Source: a virus
Taxonomy: Duplodnaviria > Caudoviricetes
Length of the DNA stretch: 64,000 nucleotides
Reading direction: 5' to 3' (one strand)
Virus record (IMG/VR): IMGVR_UViG_3300037258_000283
Location: 2,046 to 66,045 of that record
In this document: piece by piece, positions 9,445 through 19,460 of the stretch
Layout of the letters: each line of letters starts with the position of its first letter
Position numbering within the stretch: the first letter of the stretch is position 1
The notes under the pieces: generated by a model
What the model saw: the letters and a program-made list of their open reading frames with translations, nothing else
Databases searched by the model: none
What the model was told of the DNA's origin: nothing
Translations under genes and position numbers: made by a program

Positions 9445-11151
9445 ATGACGCACGACATGCTCCCGCTCAGGCCGTTCCAGCGTGAGGCGCTGGACGCTGT
9501 GGTGAAGGCACACGCGAGCGGCATGCGCCGTCCCGCTGTCGTGCTCCCAACGGGCTCGGGCAAGACCTTTTTGTTCTCCCACCTGGCCGCTGAGCACCAC
9601 GCGGCTACCGGGCAGCGGACGCTCATCCTCACCCACCGTGACGAACTGGCAACTCAGGCAATGGCGGAAATCAGGGGTGTTGCCCCGCACCTGTCTGTCG
9701 GCAAGGTGAAAGCGGAAGACAATGACGTGGACGCGGAGGTGGTCGTTGCCTCCGTGCAGACCGTCAGCCGGACCGAACGGCTCGCTGCGCTGCTGCGCTC
9801 CCAGGCAGGTGGGGAACCGTTCGGCCTGGTGATCCATGACGAATGCCATCACAGTGCCTCACCCAGCTGGGTACGGATCACCGATGCGTTCCCGGACGCC
9901 GGTCATGTCGGTGTCACCGCGACGCTGGCCCGGGGCGACGGCATCGGCCTGGGGTCGGTCTGGGAGGACGTGGTATACACCAAGTCGATCAAGTGGATGA
10001 TCTCCCGGGGCTATCTGGTCCAGCCCCGGGGGGTGTCCGTGAAGACGGACCTGGACCTGGGCAGTGTCCGCACGGCGGCCGGTGACTACCGGGCCGGGGA
10101 TCTCGGTAGCGCGATCCAGGACGCGGGTATCCCTGCGGTCATCGCGGGCGCGGTCCGGGAGCACGCGGCCGGCCGGCGCACGATGGTCTTTCTGCCGACG
10201 GTGGCCGCCGCTCACGAGACCGCTGCCGCGATGGAGTGTCTGGGGATCGCTACCGCCGTGGTGGAGGGAGCGACGCCTACTGGGGAACGGGCGCGGGCGT
10301 ACGAGCAGTTCCGCACCGGTCGTGTCCAGGCCCTGGTCAACTGCATGGTCCTGACCGAGGGCTTCAACGCCCCGTGGGCGGACTGCATCGTCGTCGCCCG
10401 CCCCACCCGGTCCGGTCCGCTCTATCAGCAGATCGTCGGACGCGGGCTGCGGACCTGGCCCGGAAAGACCGACTGCCTGGTACTGGACCTGGTGGGCGCG
10501 TCCACAGACAACAAGCTGGTCACCCTGATAGATCTCGAAGAGGGCATGTTCCCGGGCCGCAAGCCCTGCCGGGAGTGCTGGCGCACCCCGTGCGTCTGCC
10601 CCTGCGGGACCTGCGGAGGACCGCGCCCGTGCCCGGACTGCCGCGCGGAGCAGCCCGGCATCGTCCTGACCGGCACGGGGGAGGAAGTGGACCTGTTCGC
10701 CGCGTCGCACTCCGTGTGGCTGCGCACCCGTACAGGGATCATGTTCATCCCGACCGGGGACAGTGACGTCCTGCTCTGGCCGCGCCGCGACGGTGCCTGG
10801 GACGTGGCGGAGGCGCGGACCGAAGCGGCGGCCGGCACCGGCAGGCGCGCCGCCCGCATGGTCCGGCTGCACGCCGCGCTCCCGATGGAGACGGCCATGG
10901 CCTGGTGCGAATCCGAGGCGGAGGACCGGGGCAGTGCGGAGGCGCTGGGCTACCGCGCCGGGCACCGCGACGCCACCTGGCGCAAGCGCAGGGCCGCCGC
11001 CACCCCGGAGCAGCTGGCCCGCTGCACCCGGCTGCGGATCACCGTCCCCGGCGGCGCGACCAAGGCACAGGTGTCCGACCTGCTGTCGGTGGACGCCGCC
11101 AGCCGCCGGATCGACCCGTTCGTCATCCGCGCCGGGCTGGCAACGTCATGA
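9445..11151 (+). CDS. SF2 DExH-box helicase
   Basis: LRPFQ, PTGSGKT, DECHH, TAT, LTEGFN, QIVGRGLR; Cys-rich insertion. Confidence 0.93.
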   Translation: MTHDMLPLRPFQREALDAVVKAHASGMRRPAVVLPTGSGKTFLFSHLAAEHHAATGQRTLILTHRDELATQAMAEIRGVAPHLSVGKVKAEDNDVDAEVVVASVQTVSRTERLAALLRSQAGGEPFGLVIHDECHHSASPSWVRITDAFPDAGHVGVTATLARGDGIGLGSVWEDVVYTKSIKWMISRGYLVQPRGVSVKTDLDLGSVRTAAGDYRAGDLGSAIQDAGIPAVIAGAVREHAAGRRTMVFLPTVAAAHETAAAMECLGIATAVVEGATPTGERARAYEQFRTGRVQALVNCMVLTEGFNAPWADCIVVARPTRSGPLYQQIVGRGLRTWPGKTDCLVLDLVGASTDNKLVTLIDLEEGMFPGRKPCRECWRTPCVCPCGTCGGPRPCPDCRAEQPGIVLTGTGEEVDLFAASHSVWLRTRTGIMFIPTGDSDVLLWPRRDGAWDVAEARTEAAAGTGRRAARMVRLHAALPMETAMAWCESEAEDRGSAEALGYRAGHRDATWRKRRAAATPEQLARCTRLRITVPGGATKAQVSDLLSVDAASRRIDPFVIRAGLATS

Positions 11152-11516
11152 TCCCCGACGCTGACGCACAGCGCCGGGAGGCCGACAACTCCGCGCTGCG
11201 CGGCGGCCACCGGGCTGACGCCTGCCCGCGCCGGGTGTCGGTGGAGACCTACGGGGACGCCGGGCATCCGCACTGGTGGCACGGCGACTGCCAGTCCCCG
11301 GGAGCAGACCCGGCCAAGAGTGCCGGTGCCCCGACCGACCGACCGACCCCGCGTGAGGCACGGCTGCTGTCCCAGGCTTTCGAGACCTTCGCGGCGGCTC
11401 TGAACCGCCGCTCCGACACCATGACCGGCCGCAGGATGCCGCAGGCCGCGCACGCACTGAGCCAGGCGGCGGACGCCGCGCTGGAGACCGCTGATGTGTA
11501 CCGGAGGATGACGTAG
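11148..11516 (+). CDS. hypothetical protein
   Basis: ATGA overlap with the helicase stop. Confidence 0.5.
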   Translation: MIPDADAQRREADNSALRGGHRADACPRRVSVETYGDAGHPHWWHGDCQSPGADPAKSAGAPTDRPTPREARLLSQAFETFAAALNRRSDTMTGRRMPQAAHALSQAADAALETADVYRRMT

Positions 11517-13798
11517 TGACCCAGGAACCGAGGACGACCGGCACATGCCGCGAGTGCGGCAAGGAGGACATCACCCTGACATCGTGGGGAGCTGTCCGCG
11601 TTCATGGTCCCCGAGATGAACGCTGCGAGGGCAGCGGGAAGCTGCCGGACACCGGGGACGACGACGTGTCGAAATTCTGTGTCCTCTGCCGGAGCGGCGA
11701 ACATGATCGCACGGCTCACGCCTCGCCGGAGGCCGATGCTGCCCGCGCCCGGATCGCGGCCGGACCGTCCGCCGGACCCAATCCGTACCGGCCGCCGCTG
11801 TCCACGGAGCAGCCGTTCTACTGCGGCGTGTGCATCGGCTGCGGCAGGGACGCCCGTCCCGGGGGCCTGGGGTGCACCGAGTGCACGGAGCAGTACGGGG
11901 AGGAACAGCTTCGCGCCTGGAATGATGACGTACCCGTAGGGCCGCTGCCCACGGAGCAGCCGTCCTGGGACGGCGTTGATCCCTGGCACAACGACCCGCC
12001 GACGGAACGCGACGTCCGGGACGCTGAACGCGTGCTGATGTCCGGAGCACCGGACGACGTCCTGAGCGCCGCCTACGGTGTGCTGGACGATGCGCAGGCC
12101 CGGGGCACCTACCCCGCCGCCTCCGCGCCTGCGGACCCCGGTCCGGAGGAAGAGGACCCGTTCGCCTCCCCGGCGGCCGTGGTGCCCGACAGGGGGCCGT
12201 GGTTCGCGTCCCGCTACGACGGGGACTGTGACGGCTGCGGGGCCGACTTCGGCGAGGGCGACGACATCCGCGCCGACGGCTCCGGCGGCTGGGAGGCGAA
12301 GGACTGCTGCGGGGAGGACGCCGCGCCGGCGCGGGAGGACGTGCCGCGCCGGATCACCCCGAAGGTCCCGCTGAACGGCAACCACCGCTACGTCATGCCG
12401 CATCCGCAGAACCCGCGCAAGCAGTGGACCGCCCAGCGGGTGACCACGTTCACGAAGCTCGCCAGCGAGACCTTCGCGCTGGAGCAGTGGGCGTTGCGGA
12501 ACGTGGCCGTCGGCATGGCCGTGGACCCGTCCCTGGTGACCCGGATCAGGGCCATGCTGGAGGAGGCCCCGGACGGCGACGGTCCGGCGGAGCTGGTGTC
12601 CAAGCGGCGTCCAGCGATCGAAGCCGTGGTCACCGACGCCAAGACGGCCGCCGGGGACAAGGACAGGGCGCGCAAGGGCACCCGGAGCCACAAGCTGGCC
12701 GAAGAGCTGGACGCCGGTCACCGGACCCTGGACCAGGTGCCGCCGGAGTACCGCGCCGACCTGGCGGTGTACCTAGAGGCATGCCAGGCAGCCGGGTACA
12801 CCATGCTGTCCCACCTGATCGAGCGGACCACGGGGTCGGTGGCGTACGGGGTCATGGGCACGTTCGACCGGGTGGTCCGCTGCCCTGACGGCCTGTACCG
12901 GGTGTTCGACCAGAAGACGGGAAAGATCCGGTACGGGCAGAAGGAGATTGCCGCGCAGCTGGCCTGCTACGTGACCGGCTGCAACGAGACCGGTATTGCG
13001 CAGCACGACGGAATCGGCGACCCGAAGGACTGGGAGTCGTGGCGCTGGGTGCCGCTGACCGATGATCAGGGCCGTCCGATCACCGTGGAGACCGACTACG
13101 GGATCGTGGCCCACGTCCCCTACGGCCAGGGTGAGTGCACGCTGTACCCGGTGCCGCTGGACGTCGGCCGTGAGGCGATGAACCGCTGCCGGGACAACCG
13201 CGAGTGGCAGAAGTCGGACGCCTGCTTCGGCTCGCCGATCCCGGTGCCCGCGCTGGACGACGTGCCCGATCCCGGGGAGCTGCCCGGCTCCGTGCCGGAG
13301 CTGGTCAGCGCCGGATACGACAAGGCCACGGTTGCCGCCACGGTCGCCGGGGACACGCTGGACGTCGGCCGCCCGGCTGAGCCGTTCTGGGAGCACACCG
13401 AGTGGGTGCGCCGGTTCAGCGGCGTGGCCGCGTCCGCCGACGCCCGCGCCCTGTACTTGGAGTACGCGGCCGACCCGCACCACGACCCGCAGACGCTGGC
13501 GGAGCTGGCGGCCCTGGCGACGGCGGCACTGGCCCGGGCGAAGGCGGCTGCGGCCCGGCCGCAGGCCCCGGAGCCGGCAAAGGCCCCGTTCGTGCCCGTG
13601 GAGCCGGTGGAACTCCCCTGGACCGACGCCGGTGCCGCGCTGCCGACCTGGGAGCAGCGGTTCGGCTCGGTGACCACGAAGGCCGGAGCCCGGGAGCTGT
13701 ACCTGGAGTACACGGCCGCGCAGGACGGCGGCTCCCCGGGCGGGCACCTGGACGCGCTGGTGCGGATCGCGAACGCCGCTCTGGCCCGGCGCGCTTGA
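11516..13798 (+). CDS. PD-(D/E)xK (Cas4/RecB-like) exonuclease with N-terminal Zn-finger motifs
   Basis: RVTTF...LEQW, GTRSH, GTFDRVV...DQKTG, QLACY; several CxxC pairs; duplicated C-terminal motif. Confidence 0.75.
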   Translation: MTQEPRTTGTCRECGKEDITLTSWGAVRVHGPRDERCEGSGKLPDTGDDDVSKFCVLCRSGEHDRTAHASPEADAARARIAAGPSAGPNPYRPPLSTEQPFYCGVCIGCGRDARPGGLGCTECTEQYGEEQLRAWNDDVPVGPLPTEQPSWDGVDPWHNDPPTERDVRDAERVLMSGAPDDVLSAAYGVLDDAQARGTYPAASAPADPGPEEEDPFASPAAVVPDRGPWFASRYDGDCDGCGADFGEGDDIRADGSGGWEAKDCCGEDAAPAREDVPRRITPKVPLNGNHRYVMPHPQNPRKQWTAQRVTTFTKLASETFALEQWALRNVAVGMAVDPSLVTRIRAMLEEAPDGDGPAELVSKRRPAIEAVVTDAKTAAGDKDRARKGTRSHKLAEELDAGHRTLDQVPPEYRADLAVYLEACQAAGYTMLSHLIERTTGSVAYGVMGTFDRVVRCPDGLYRVFDQKTGKIRYGQKEIAAQLACYVTGCNETGIAQHDGIGDPKDWESWRWVPLTDDQGRPITVETDYGIVAHVPYGQGECTLYPVPLDVGREAMNRCRDNREWQKSDACFGSPIPVPALDDVPDPGELPGSVPELVSAGYDKATVAATVAGDTLDVGRPAEPFWEHTEWVRRFSGVAASADARALYLEYAADPHHDPQTLAELAALATAALARAKAAAARPQAPEPAKAPFVPVEPVELPWTDAGAALPTWEQRFGSVTTKAGARELYLEYTAAQDGGSPGGHLDALVRIANAALARRA

Positions 13799-13822
13799 CT
13801 TCGTCGTACCTACAGGTACGAT
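13795..13822 (+). promoter_or_regulatory. sigma70/HrdB-like promoter with overlapping palindrome
   Basis: TTGACT-16 nt-TACGAT; inverted repeat CGTACCT-AC-AGGTACG spans the spacer and -10. Confidence 0.5.
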
Positions 13823-14012
13823 TAAGGCGCGTACTGCTGAACGGCCGACGTCCCGCGCTCCCGCCGGAGAAGATCCGGGACGTCGGCCCCAGAATCGGGA
13901 GCCGTCCGGTCTCGTACACCGGAACGGTTCCGGCGGAGCCCGCGCCCTGTCCTTCGGGGCACGGTCTCCGCATCCCCGTACCCGACACGATCACGGAAAC
14001 GGAAACGACCCC

Positions 14013-14540
14013 ATGAGCACACCGTTCGACAGCGACGACGACCCGTTCAACGACGGCCCCGACGACAGCGACCCGTTCGACTCCCCGGCGGAGATCCCCA
14101 GCGAGTTCCCCAAGTTCGATGACCACCTGCGGGGGAGGCTGCTGCTGATCAAGCCCACCAAGCTGGAACAGGGTCTCGTCTCCACCACCCTGCCGAAGAA
14201 CTCCGACGGCACCCCCGTGGTCCAGGACCGCATCACCGCCGACGTCTACGTGCTGGACGGCGCGCCGCTGGCCGACTTCGCCGGTGCAACCGCGTTCCCC
14301 GGCCTGTACATCAGCCAGTCCCGGGTGGTGGTCCAGCTGAGCAACGTAGCCCAGCTGGGTGCCAAGACCCGCCAGACCATGGTCCTGGGACGGCTGAACA
14401 CCCGCTACGCGCAGGGGAAGCCCAACCCGACGGCGAAGGAGCGCAAGGCCGGACCCGGCAACCCGTGGGGTCTGGAGGACCCGACCGACGCCGACAAGGC
14501 CACGGCCCGCGCCTACCTGAAGGCGAACGGCATCGCCTGA
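14013..14540 (+). CDS. acidic hypothetical protein, possible ssDNA-binding/recombination factor
   Basis: Acidic N-terminus; LLLIKP...DRITADVYVLDG...PW.LEDPT.AD...ARAY; follows the exonuclease. Confidence 0.6.
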   Translation: MSTPFDSDDDPFNDGPDDSDPFDSPAEIPSEFPKFDDHLRGRLLLIKPTKLEQGLVSTTLPKNSDGTPVVQDRITADVYVLDGAPLADFAGATAFPGLYISQSRVVVQLSNVAQLGAKTRQTMVLGRLNTRYAQGKPNPTAKERKAGPGNPWGLEDPTDADKATARAYLKANGIA

Positions 14541-14553
14541 CCCGCACCGAGAC

Positions 14554-14587
14554 GCCCCCGGACGCCGACCTGGCTCCGGGGGCTTTT
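14554..14587 (+). terminator. intrinsic terminator
   Basis: GCCCCCGGA...TCCGGGGGC stem followed by TTTT. Confidence 0.65.
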
Positions 14588-14606
14588 CCGCAGAGAGGAC
14601 TGAGAC

Positions 14607-14942
14607 ATGACCGAGACGCGCAGACGGTACGGCCGTCCCCGTCCCCCGCAGGTCGTCACCCGGGACGCGGAGGCACTCAGCGTGCTCCGGGACGCCGGGA
14701 CGGCCGGACTGTCCCGCAACGAGGTGGCGGGACGCCTGGGTGTCGCACCCCGGCTGGCCAGCTACGCACTGCACCGCCTGCGGCGTCTCGGCATCGTCCG
14801 GCACGTCCCGCGCGGCAACGAGGGACACGGCTACTGGGCCGTGTCCGGGACGAAGAGCGAGACGCACAGCGGGACCGGGACACCGACCGGGACGAAGAGC
14901 GAGACACCCACCGAGACACAGGAAGCAGGCAGCGGGACATGA
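14607..14942 (+). CDS. winged-HTH DNA-binding protein
   Basis: ALSVLRDAGTAGLSRNEVAGRLGV...ASYALHRLRRLGIV. Confidence 0.75.
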   Translation: MTETRRRYGRPRPPQVVTRDAEALSVLRDAGTAGLSRNEVAGRLGVAPRLASYALHRLRRLGIVRHVPRGNEGHGYWAVSGTKSETHSGTGTPTGTKSETPTETQEAGSGT

Positions 14943-15442
14943 TCGAGGACCCGAGCTACATCCCCGGCGTGACGCCGGTGCAGTACCCCGAGCCCGGTGC
15001 CACGGGCACCTGGACCCAGGACGCCCTCCCCGGTACCGGGCCGGCGGACACGATGGCGGCGCTGCGGGAGCACGTACGGGACCTGGGGTCACGCCTCCAA
15101 CCCGGCCTGGTGATCCTGCGGCAGGCCGGGATCGTCCCGCCGGAGGACGGCCTGACGGCGGGGGACGTCCTGGACCGGGCCTGCGACTGGCTCCGCCAGC
15201 CCCACCCCGACCTGAGCGCGGCGGAGTACGGCGACCTGTCCGAGATCCTGTACACGCCGGTCCTCCCCGTGGAGGACCCGGACCCGGAGCTGGTGGCCCT
15301 GGCCCGTGTGGTGGCCGAGGACTACGCCGGCGCGCGGACCGTGGTGGAGGCCATGTCCCGCCGGGACCGGGCCGTCCTCGGGTTCTACCTGACGGAGCTG
15401 GGACACGTCCTGGACGCCGTGGACGCGGCCGACCACCGGTGA
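14939..15442 (+). CDS. hypothetical protein
   Basis: MIEDPSY...; ATGA coupling. Confidence 0.6.
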   Translation: MIEDPSYIPGVTPVQYPEPGATGTWTQDALPGTGPADTMAALREHVRDLGSRLQPGLVILRQAGIVPPEDGLTAGDVLDRACDWLRQPHPDLSAAEYGDLSEILYTPVLPVEDPDPELVALARVVAEDYAGARTVVEAMSRRDRAVLGFYLTELGHVLDAVDAADHR

Positions 15443-15627
15443 GCGTCCCGTTCCGCCGGGCACTGGCGCTGATGGCGTTCTCCGCTCTGCTGAACGGGCA
15501 CCCGGTGTATGCCGCTCGGCAAGTAGAGATCATGACGATGACCGAGCGGGACACCCTGTCCCGCTTCCTGGAGGAGTTCCGGGACATGGTCACCGAGACG
15601 GGACGCGTCTCGGCAACCGGGAACTGA
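15439..15627 (+). CDS. hypothetical protein
   Basis: GTGA overlap; shares the M(S/T).R.R..L..(Y/F)L.E motif with the upstream gene's C-terminus. Confidence 0.5.
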   Translation: MSVPFRRALALMAFSALLNGHPVYAARQVEIMTMTERDTLSRFLEEFRDMVTETGRVSATGN

Positions 15628-15756
15628 GACGCACCGCTGAGACGAGACGCACCACCGAGACGCACCACTGAGACGAGACGCACCACTGAGACGAGACGCA
15701 CCACTGAGACGCACCACTGAGACGCACCACCGAGACGAGATGGGAGACGAGACGCA
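15626..15756 (+). repeat. GAGACGCA direct-repeat array (candidate clt)
   Basis: 8 copies of GAGACGCA, 7 of them as 13-mers GAGACGCACC(A/G)C(T/C), with interspersed GAGAC. Confidence 0.85.
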
Positions 15757-16808
15757 TGGACCGAGACATGAAGCGGGACACCGAACCGGGTGAGACGGAC
15801 CGGGTGAGACGGACGGTCGCCACGGTCGGTCTGGTTGTCCCGACGCTGATGGCCCTGGGGATGTCCGCTGATACCTCGTTCCGGTTCCTCGGAGCTGTGC
15901 TGGGGATCGTGGACCCTGCGGAGCGCGGTGTCCTGACGGGCACTGCGGAGGCCGCTGTCATTGCCCTGACCCTGTACGCCTGGGCCACGTCCACCCGGCT
16001 GGCCGCGCGGATCGCGTACCTGGTCGTCCTGGTGCAGGCCGTACCCGCGTTCGAGGTGTCCGGCGGCTATGGCGGCATGGTCCGCACAGCCCTGGGGCCG
16101 GTCCTGCTGGTCGTGCTGCTGCACCTACTGCTGGGCCTGGAGCTACGGATGTCCCGGGTGCGCCCGTCCGGCATCGTCGCTGACATCCTGCGGGAGGCCC
16201 GAGAGCGTCTGGTCGCCTACCTGGGCATCGGTCGGCGCGGCACCGACTCCGCCGCCATTGCGCGCAGCCGTGCTGCGGACCGGGCCGTGGTCCTGGCCGA
16301 TCGGGTGGCGGAAGCTCCGGAGAAGAGCCGGAAACGTTCCAGGCGTTCCGCCCGGCTGTCCGCCGCAGTCGATGCGGCCCGGCACGGCCTGGACGCATCG
16401 GACGCGCGGGCGATGGAGGCGGCCATCGTCGCCCGGGTCGTGCGCCGCAAGTCGGTGGACGGCCTCGCTGGGATCAGTATCGAGTACGACTGGGCGGGGA
16501 CGGTCACCGAGACGGTGTCCGGGACACCGGGACGCGTTGAGACGTCTCCGAAACCCGTCTCGCGTGTGTCTCGCCCGGCCCTGGCTGTCCCGTCTCGTGA
16601 GACGGCTCCCGGTGGGACGGAACTCCTCACCACGGTGGAGGCCGCCGCCCTGGCGTCCCAGCTCCGGGGCGAGACGGTCACCGCCGCAGTTATTCGCAAC
16701 TGGAAATGGAGGAGTCGTCTCATCCCCGCGACCGACGTGGACGGGACGCTGTACGAGCGAGACGCGGTCGTGGCCGCAGAACTGAAGACGCGACGCGTCT
16801 CGCCCTGA
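15756..16808 (+). CDS. Spd-like multi-TM plasmid transfer/spread protein with C-terminal HTH
   Basis: About four TM helices, Arg/Ala-rich helical region, C-terminal LLTTVEAAALA...AAVIRNWKWRSRL. Confidence 0.65.
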   Translation: MDRDMKRDTEPGETDRVRRTVATVGLVVPTLMALGMSADTSFRFLGAVLGIVDPAERGVLTGTAEAAVIALTLYAWATSTRLAARIAYLVVLVQAVPAFEVSGGYGGMVRTALGPVLLVVLLHLLLGLELRMSRVRPSGIVADILREARERLVAYLGIGRRGTDSAAIARSRAADRAVVLADRVAEAPEKSRKRSRRSARLSAAVDAARHGLDASDARAMEAAIVARVVRRKSVDGLAGISIEYDWAGTVTETVSGTPGRVETSPKPVSRVSRPALAVPSRETAPGGTELLTTVEAAALASQLRGETVTAAVIRNWKWRSRLIPATDVDGTLYERDAVVAAELKTRRVSP

Positions 16809-16884
16809 GACGAGACGTCCCCGCGTCTCACCCCGAGGCGCGGGACACCGACCGAGACGCAACGACCGAGGAAGCGAGACGCAC

Positions 16885-17358
16885 ATGAGCGGGACGGACA
16901 GGCACTGGGTGGGGAACAACGACTTCGCCGCATGGGTCAAGAACATGGAGAGCACGGAGGTGCGCAGCGCGGACGACCTCCACGCGTACTGCGAGCAGGG
17001 ACGCGGGGCGTCGCAGTACGTCTCGGTGGTCCAGGACCAGTTCGCGGCGGACCTGAGGATCATGTTCCGGGACGCGGACCGCAGCCCGGACCCGAAGACC
17101 GCTGCGGAGAACGCGGAGATCGGGTTCGACCCGCACTACGACCGCCGGTTCCGGGGCGTCGTGCGGGAGATGGCGAAGGTGTCCGACGCCTACGAGGCCG
17201 CCGCGAAGCACCTGTTCGCGGCCTGGCTGAAGTTCGAGAAGGCGGCCGTCCAGATGGACTCCGACCGGAAGGAGGCCGTGGCCAAGCACCGTGCGACGGC
17301 CAAGCAGTCCGCGCCGGCGGCCACGGGGTCCGCGAGGGGGTTCAAGTTCAGTGGCTGA
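16885..17358 (+). CDS. TraA-like plasmid transfer protein
   Basis: 157 aa helical protein directly upstream of and overlapping traB; S.DDLHAYC pattern resembles Streptomyces TraA. Confidence 0.55.
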   Translation: MSGTDRHWVGNNDFAAWVKNMESTEVRSADDLHAYCEQGRGASQYVSVVQDQFAADLRIMFRDADRSPDPKTAAENAEIGFDPHYDRRFRGVVREMAKVSDAYEAAAKHLFAAWLKFEKAAVQMDSDRKEAVAKHRATAKQSAPAATGSARGFKFSG

Positions 17359-19390
17359 GACCAAGGAAGAGACGGCAGGGGAGCGCCGGGCGGCTCCCCG
17401 CCGTCCGTCCGCCAAGAGCCGGAAGGACGTCACGACCGGCCCCCTGACCAGCTACCTTGTGCCGCTGGCCCTGTGCACCGGCACGATGCCGCTGGCGGTC
17501 GTGCTCCACCTGGTGTGGGGCACGTCCATGCTCATGGTCGCGCTGCTGGGGGCGCTGACGGCGCTGCTGCCGCTGTACGTGCACACCACCTGGCACAAGC
17601 GCCACGAGCACACCCGGATCACCGCGTCCGTCTTCACCCTGGTGGTGTGCGTCTGGCTGACGGTGGCCGTGGCCGCCGGGCCGTTCGGGACCGATGTCCT
17701 GGACCTGTGGGGGCTCGGCGTCCTGGTCATGCCCCTGGCCTGGGTGCTGCGGCACACCGGGCTGTCCGGGGGCACCGAGCACGACGTCTCCCGCAGCGGG
17801 GCGGACACCATGCTGGCGCGCCTGCGCACGGTCCTGTCCGGGCTGCGGGAGCACAAGGTGGTCACCGGGAGCAGCGGCACGGAGGTGAGTGCGGAGTACG
17901 CCTACCCGGCCGGGGAGATGACGGCCGCCGATGTCCAGGCGGCCCTTCCCAACATCGCCAGTGCCCTGGAGCTGCCCGCCTCCGCCGTGTCCGTCGTCCC
18001 GGTCACGGGGCCGGGCAACCGGGTCCGGATCACCGCACAGGCCGCCGACCCGCTGGCCGGGAGCCCGCTGACCTGGCCCGGCTTCTCTGCGCGGGGCACG
18101 TCGGTGAACGACTCGCCGCTCCGGTTCGGCCGCCGGTCGGACGGCCGCGACGAAGGTCTCTGGGTCTGCGGCGATCCGGCGAAGGACCGCCAGCTGGTGC
18201 ACACCATGGGGGTCGGCATGCCGGGTTCCGGCAAGTCGGACACCGGCGTGGCGATCATCCTGGACGGCCTGTCCCGGGTGGACTTCGTGCCGGTCGTGGC
18301 GTCCTCGGTGAAGTTCGCGCAGACGTACGGGGACATCGCCGAAGCCCTGCCGGTAGCGGCTGACGGGCCGGAGCAGACGTTCCAGCTGATCGCCAACTTC
18401 CCTGCGGTGATCGCCTACCGCTCCCAGCTGATCGGGTCGCTCCGCAAGGCCGACGGCAGCCAGTTCAAGCAGTGGGAGCCGGAGCTGTGGACCGAGCACG
18501 GCATCCCGCTGGTGTTCGTCGTCCTGGACGAAGCCGCCTCAGTGACGCACGGGAATGAGGACTTCAACGAGGGCGTGCGCGTGCTGCGCAGCCTGGGGGT
18601 GCACTTGCTGGTGGAGATTCAGTCGGCAATCGGCACCTCCATCGACCGGAACATCCGCGACATGATCGGCCAGCGGCTGGCGCACGGCTGCATGAGTGAC
18701 ATCGACACCGGGTTCGCCCTGCACGACAGCACCGTCGCGGCCGGTGCCGACCCGACCAAGTGGGGCGCGAACAAGGCCGGGGCGCACTACGCGGAGCTGA
18801 CCGGCGTCCCGGCCGACCAGTGGCACCTGGAGTGCCGCAGTTTCCGCACCGACGCGCCGGGGCTGCGCAGCCGGGTGCTGGCGGAGACGAAGGGCAGCCG
18901 GGCCGTGCTGGACCCGGGCACCGCGTTCCACCTGGGGAACGGGATCAAGCGCCCGGACTGCTGCCTTCCGTCGGTCCCCGACGTGGTGACCGCCGTCCTG
19001 GAGCAGGCCGGGGACACGGACACCGTCCGCTACCTGGCCGACATGCCCGCCGACGACCTCCCGGAAGCGGACCCGGAGTACGCGGACGTGGACGCCTCCG
19101 AGCCCATCCCGTACACGCTCCCGGCCGGGACACCGGTCCCGGTCCGGGCTGTGCAGCCGGCCGGACCGGCGTCCCCGGCTGCCGCGCGGGAGGCGTTCGA
19201 GCGTCGGTTCGAGGAACTGGCGGCGGAGCGCAGCACGGTCACGGCGGCCGACTTCGCGGAGGTCCGCTACGCCGTCGGCCGTTCCCGGAACTGGCCGCTG
19301 TGGGAGTTGAAGCGGCTGGAGGAGCGGGGGCTGGTGAAGCAGGAAGAGCCCGGGAGCAAGACCTGGAACGTCCGCCAACGGGCCGCGTGA
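17351..19390 (+). CDS. traB: TraB FtsK/SpoIIIE-like conjugative dsDNA translocase
   Basis: N-terminal TM helices; Walker A GMPGSGKS; Walker B VVLDEAA; GADPTKWG; C-terminal wHTH GRSRNWPLWELKRLEERG. Confidence 0.82.
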   Translation: MAETKEETAGERRAAPRRPSAKSRKDVTTGPLTSYLVPLALCTGTMPLAVVLHLVWGTSMLMVALLGALTALLPLYVHTTWHKRHEHTRITASVFTLVVCVWLTVAVAAGPFGTDVLDLWGLGVLVMPLAWVLRHTGLSGGTEHDVSRSGADTMLARLRTVLSGLREHKVVTGSSGTEVSAEYAYPAGEMTAADVQAALPNIASALELPASAVSVVPVTGPGNRVRITAQAADPLAGSPLTWPGFSARGTSVNDSPLRFGRRSDGRDEGLWVCGDPAKDRQLVHTMGVGMPGSGKSDTGVAIILDGLSRVDFVPVVASSVKFAQTYGDIAEALPVAADGPEQTFQLIANFPAVIAYRSQLIGSLRKADGSQFKQWEPELWTEHGIPLVFVVLDEAASVTHGNEDFNEGVRVLRSLGVHLLVEIQSAIGTSIDRNIRDMIGQRLAHGCMSDIDTGFALHDSTVAAGADPTKWGANKAGAHYAELTGVPADQWHLECRSFRTDAPGLRSRVLAETKGSRAVLDPGTAFHLGNGIKRPDCCLPSVPDVVTAVLEQAGDTDTVRYLADMPADDLPEADPEYADVDASEPIPYTLPAGTPVPVRAVQPAGPASPAAAREAFERRFEELAAERSTVTAADFAEVRYAVGRSRNWPLWELKRLEERGLVKQEEPGSKTWNVRQRAA

Positions 19391-19460
19391 CGGTCGCCGT
19401 ACGGTGGGACACGGGCCTTCCGGTCCGTGTCCTGCCGTGTGCCGACCGGCACATACCCGC

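Noticed and set aside
15626-15756. CRISPR array
   Set aside because: Units are 5-13 bp with no unique spacers, and no cas operon is present; the Cas4-like fold at 11516 is a common phage exonuclease.
13416-16124. 902-aa minus-strand ORF and other long antisense ORFs (e.g. 3747-5534, 50196-53027, 53320-55458, 57240-59297)
   Set aside because: Shadow ORFs typical of high-GC DNA, opposite well-supported genes, with low-complexity translations and no motifs.
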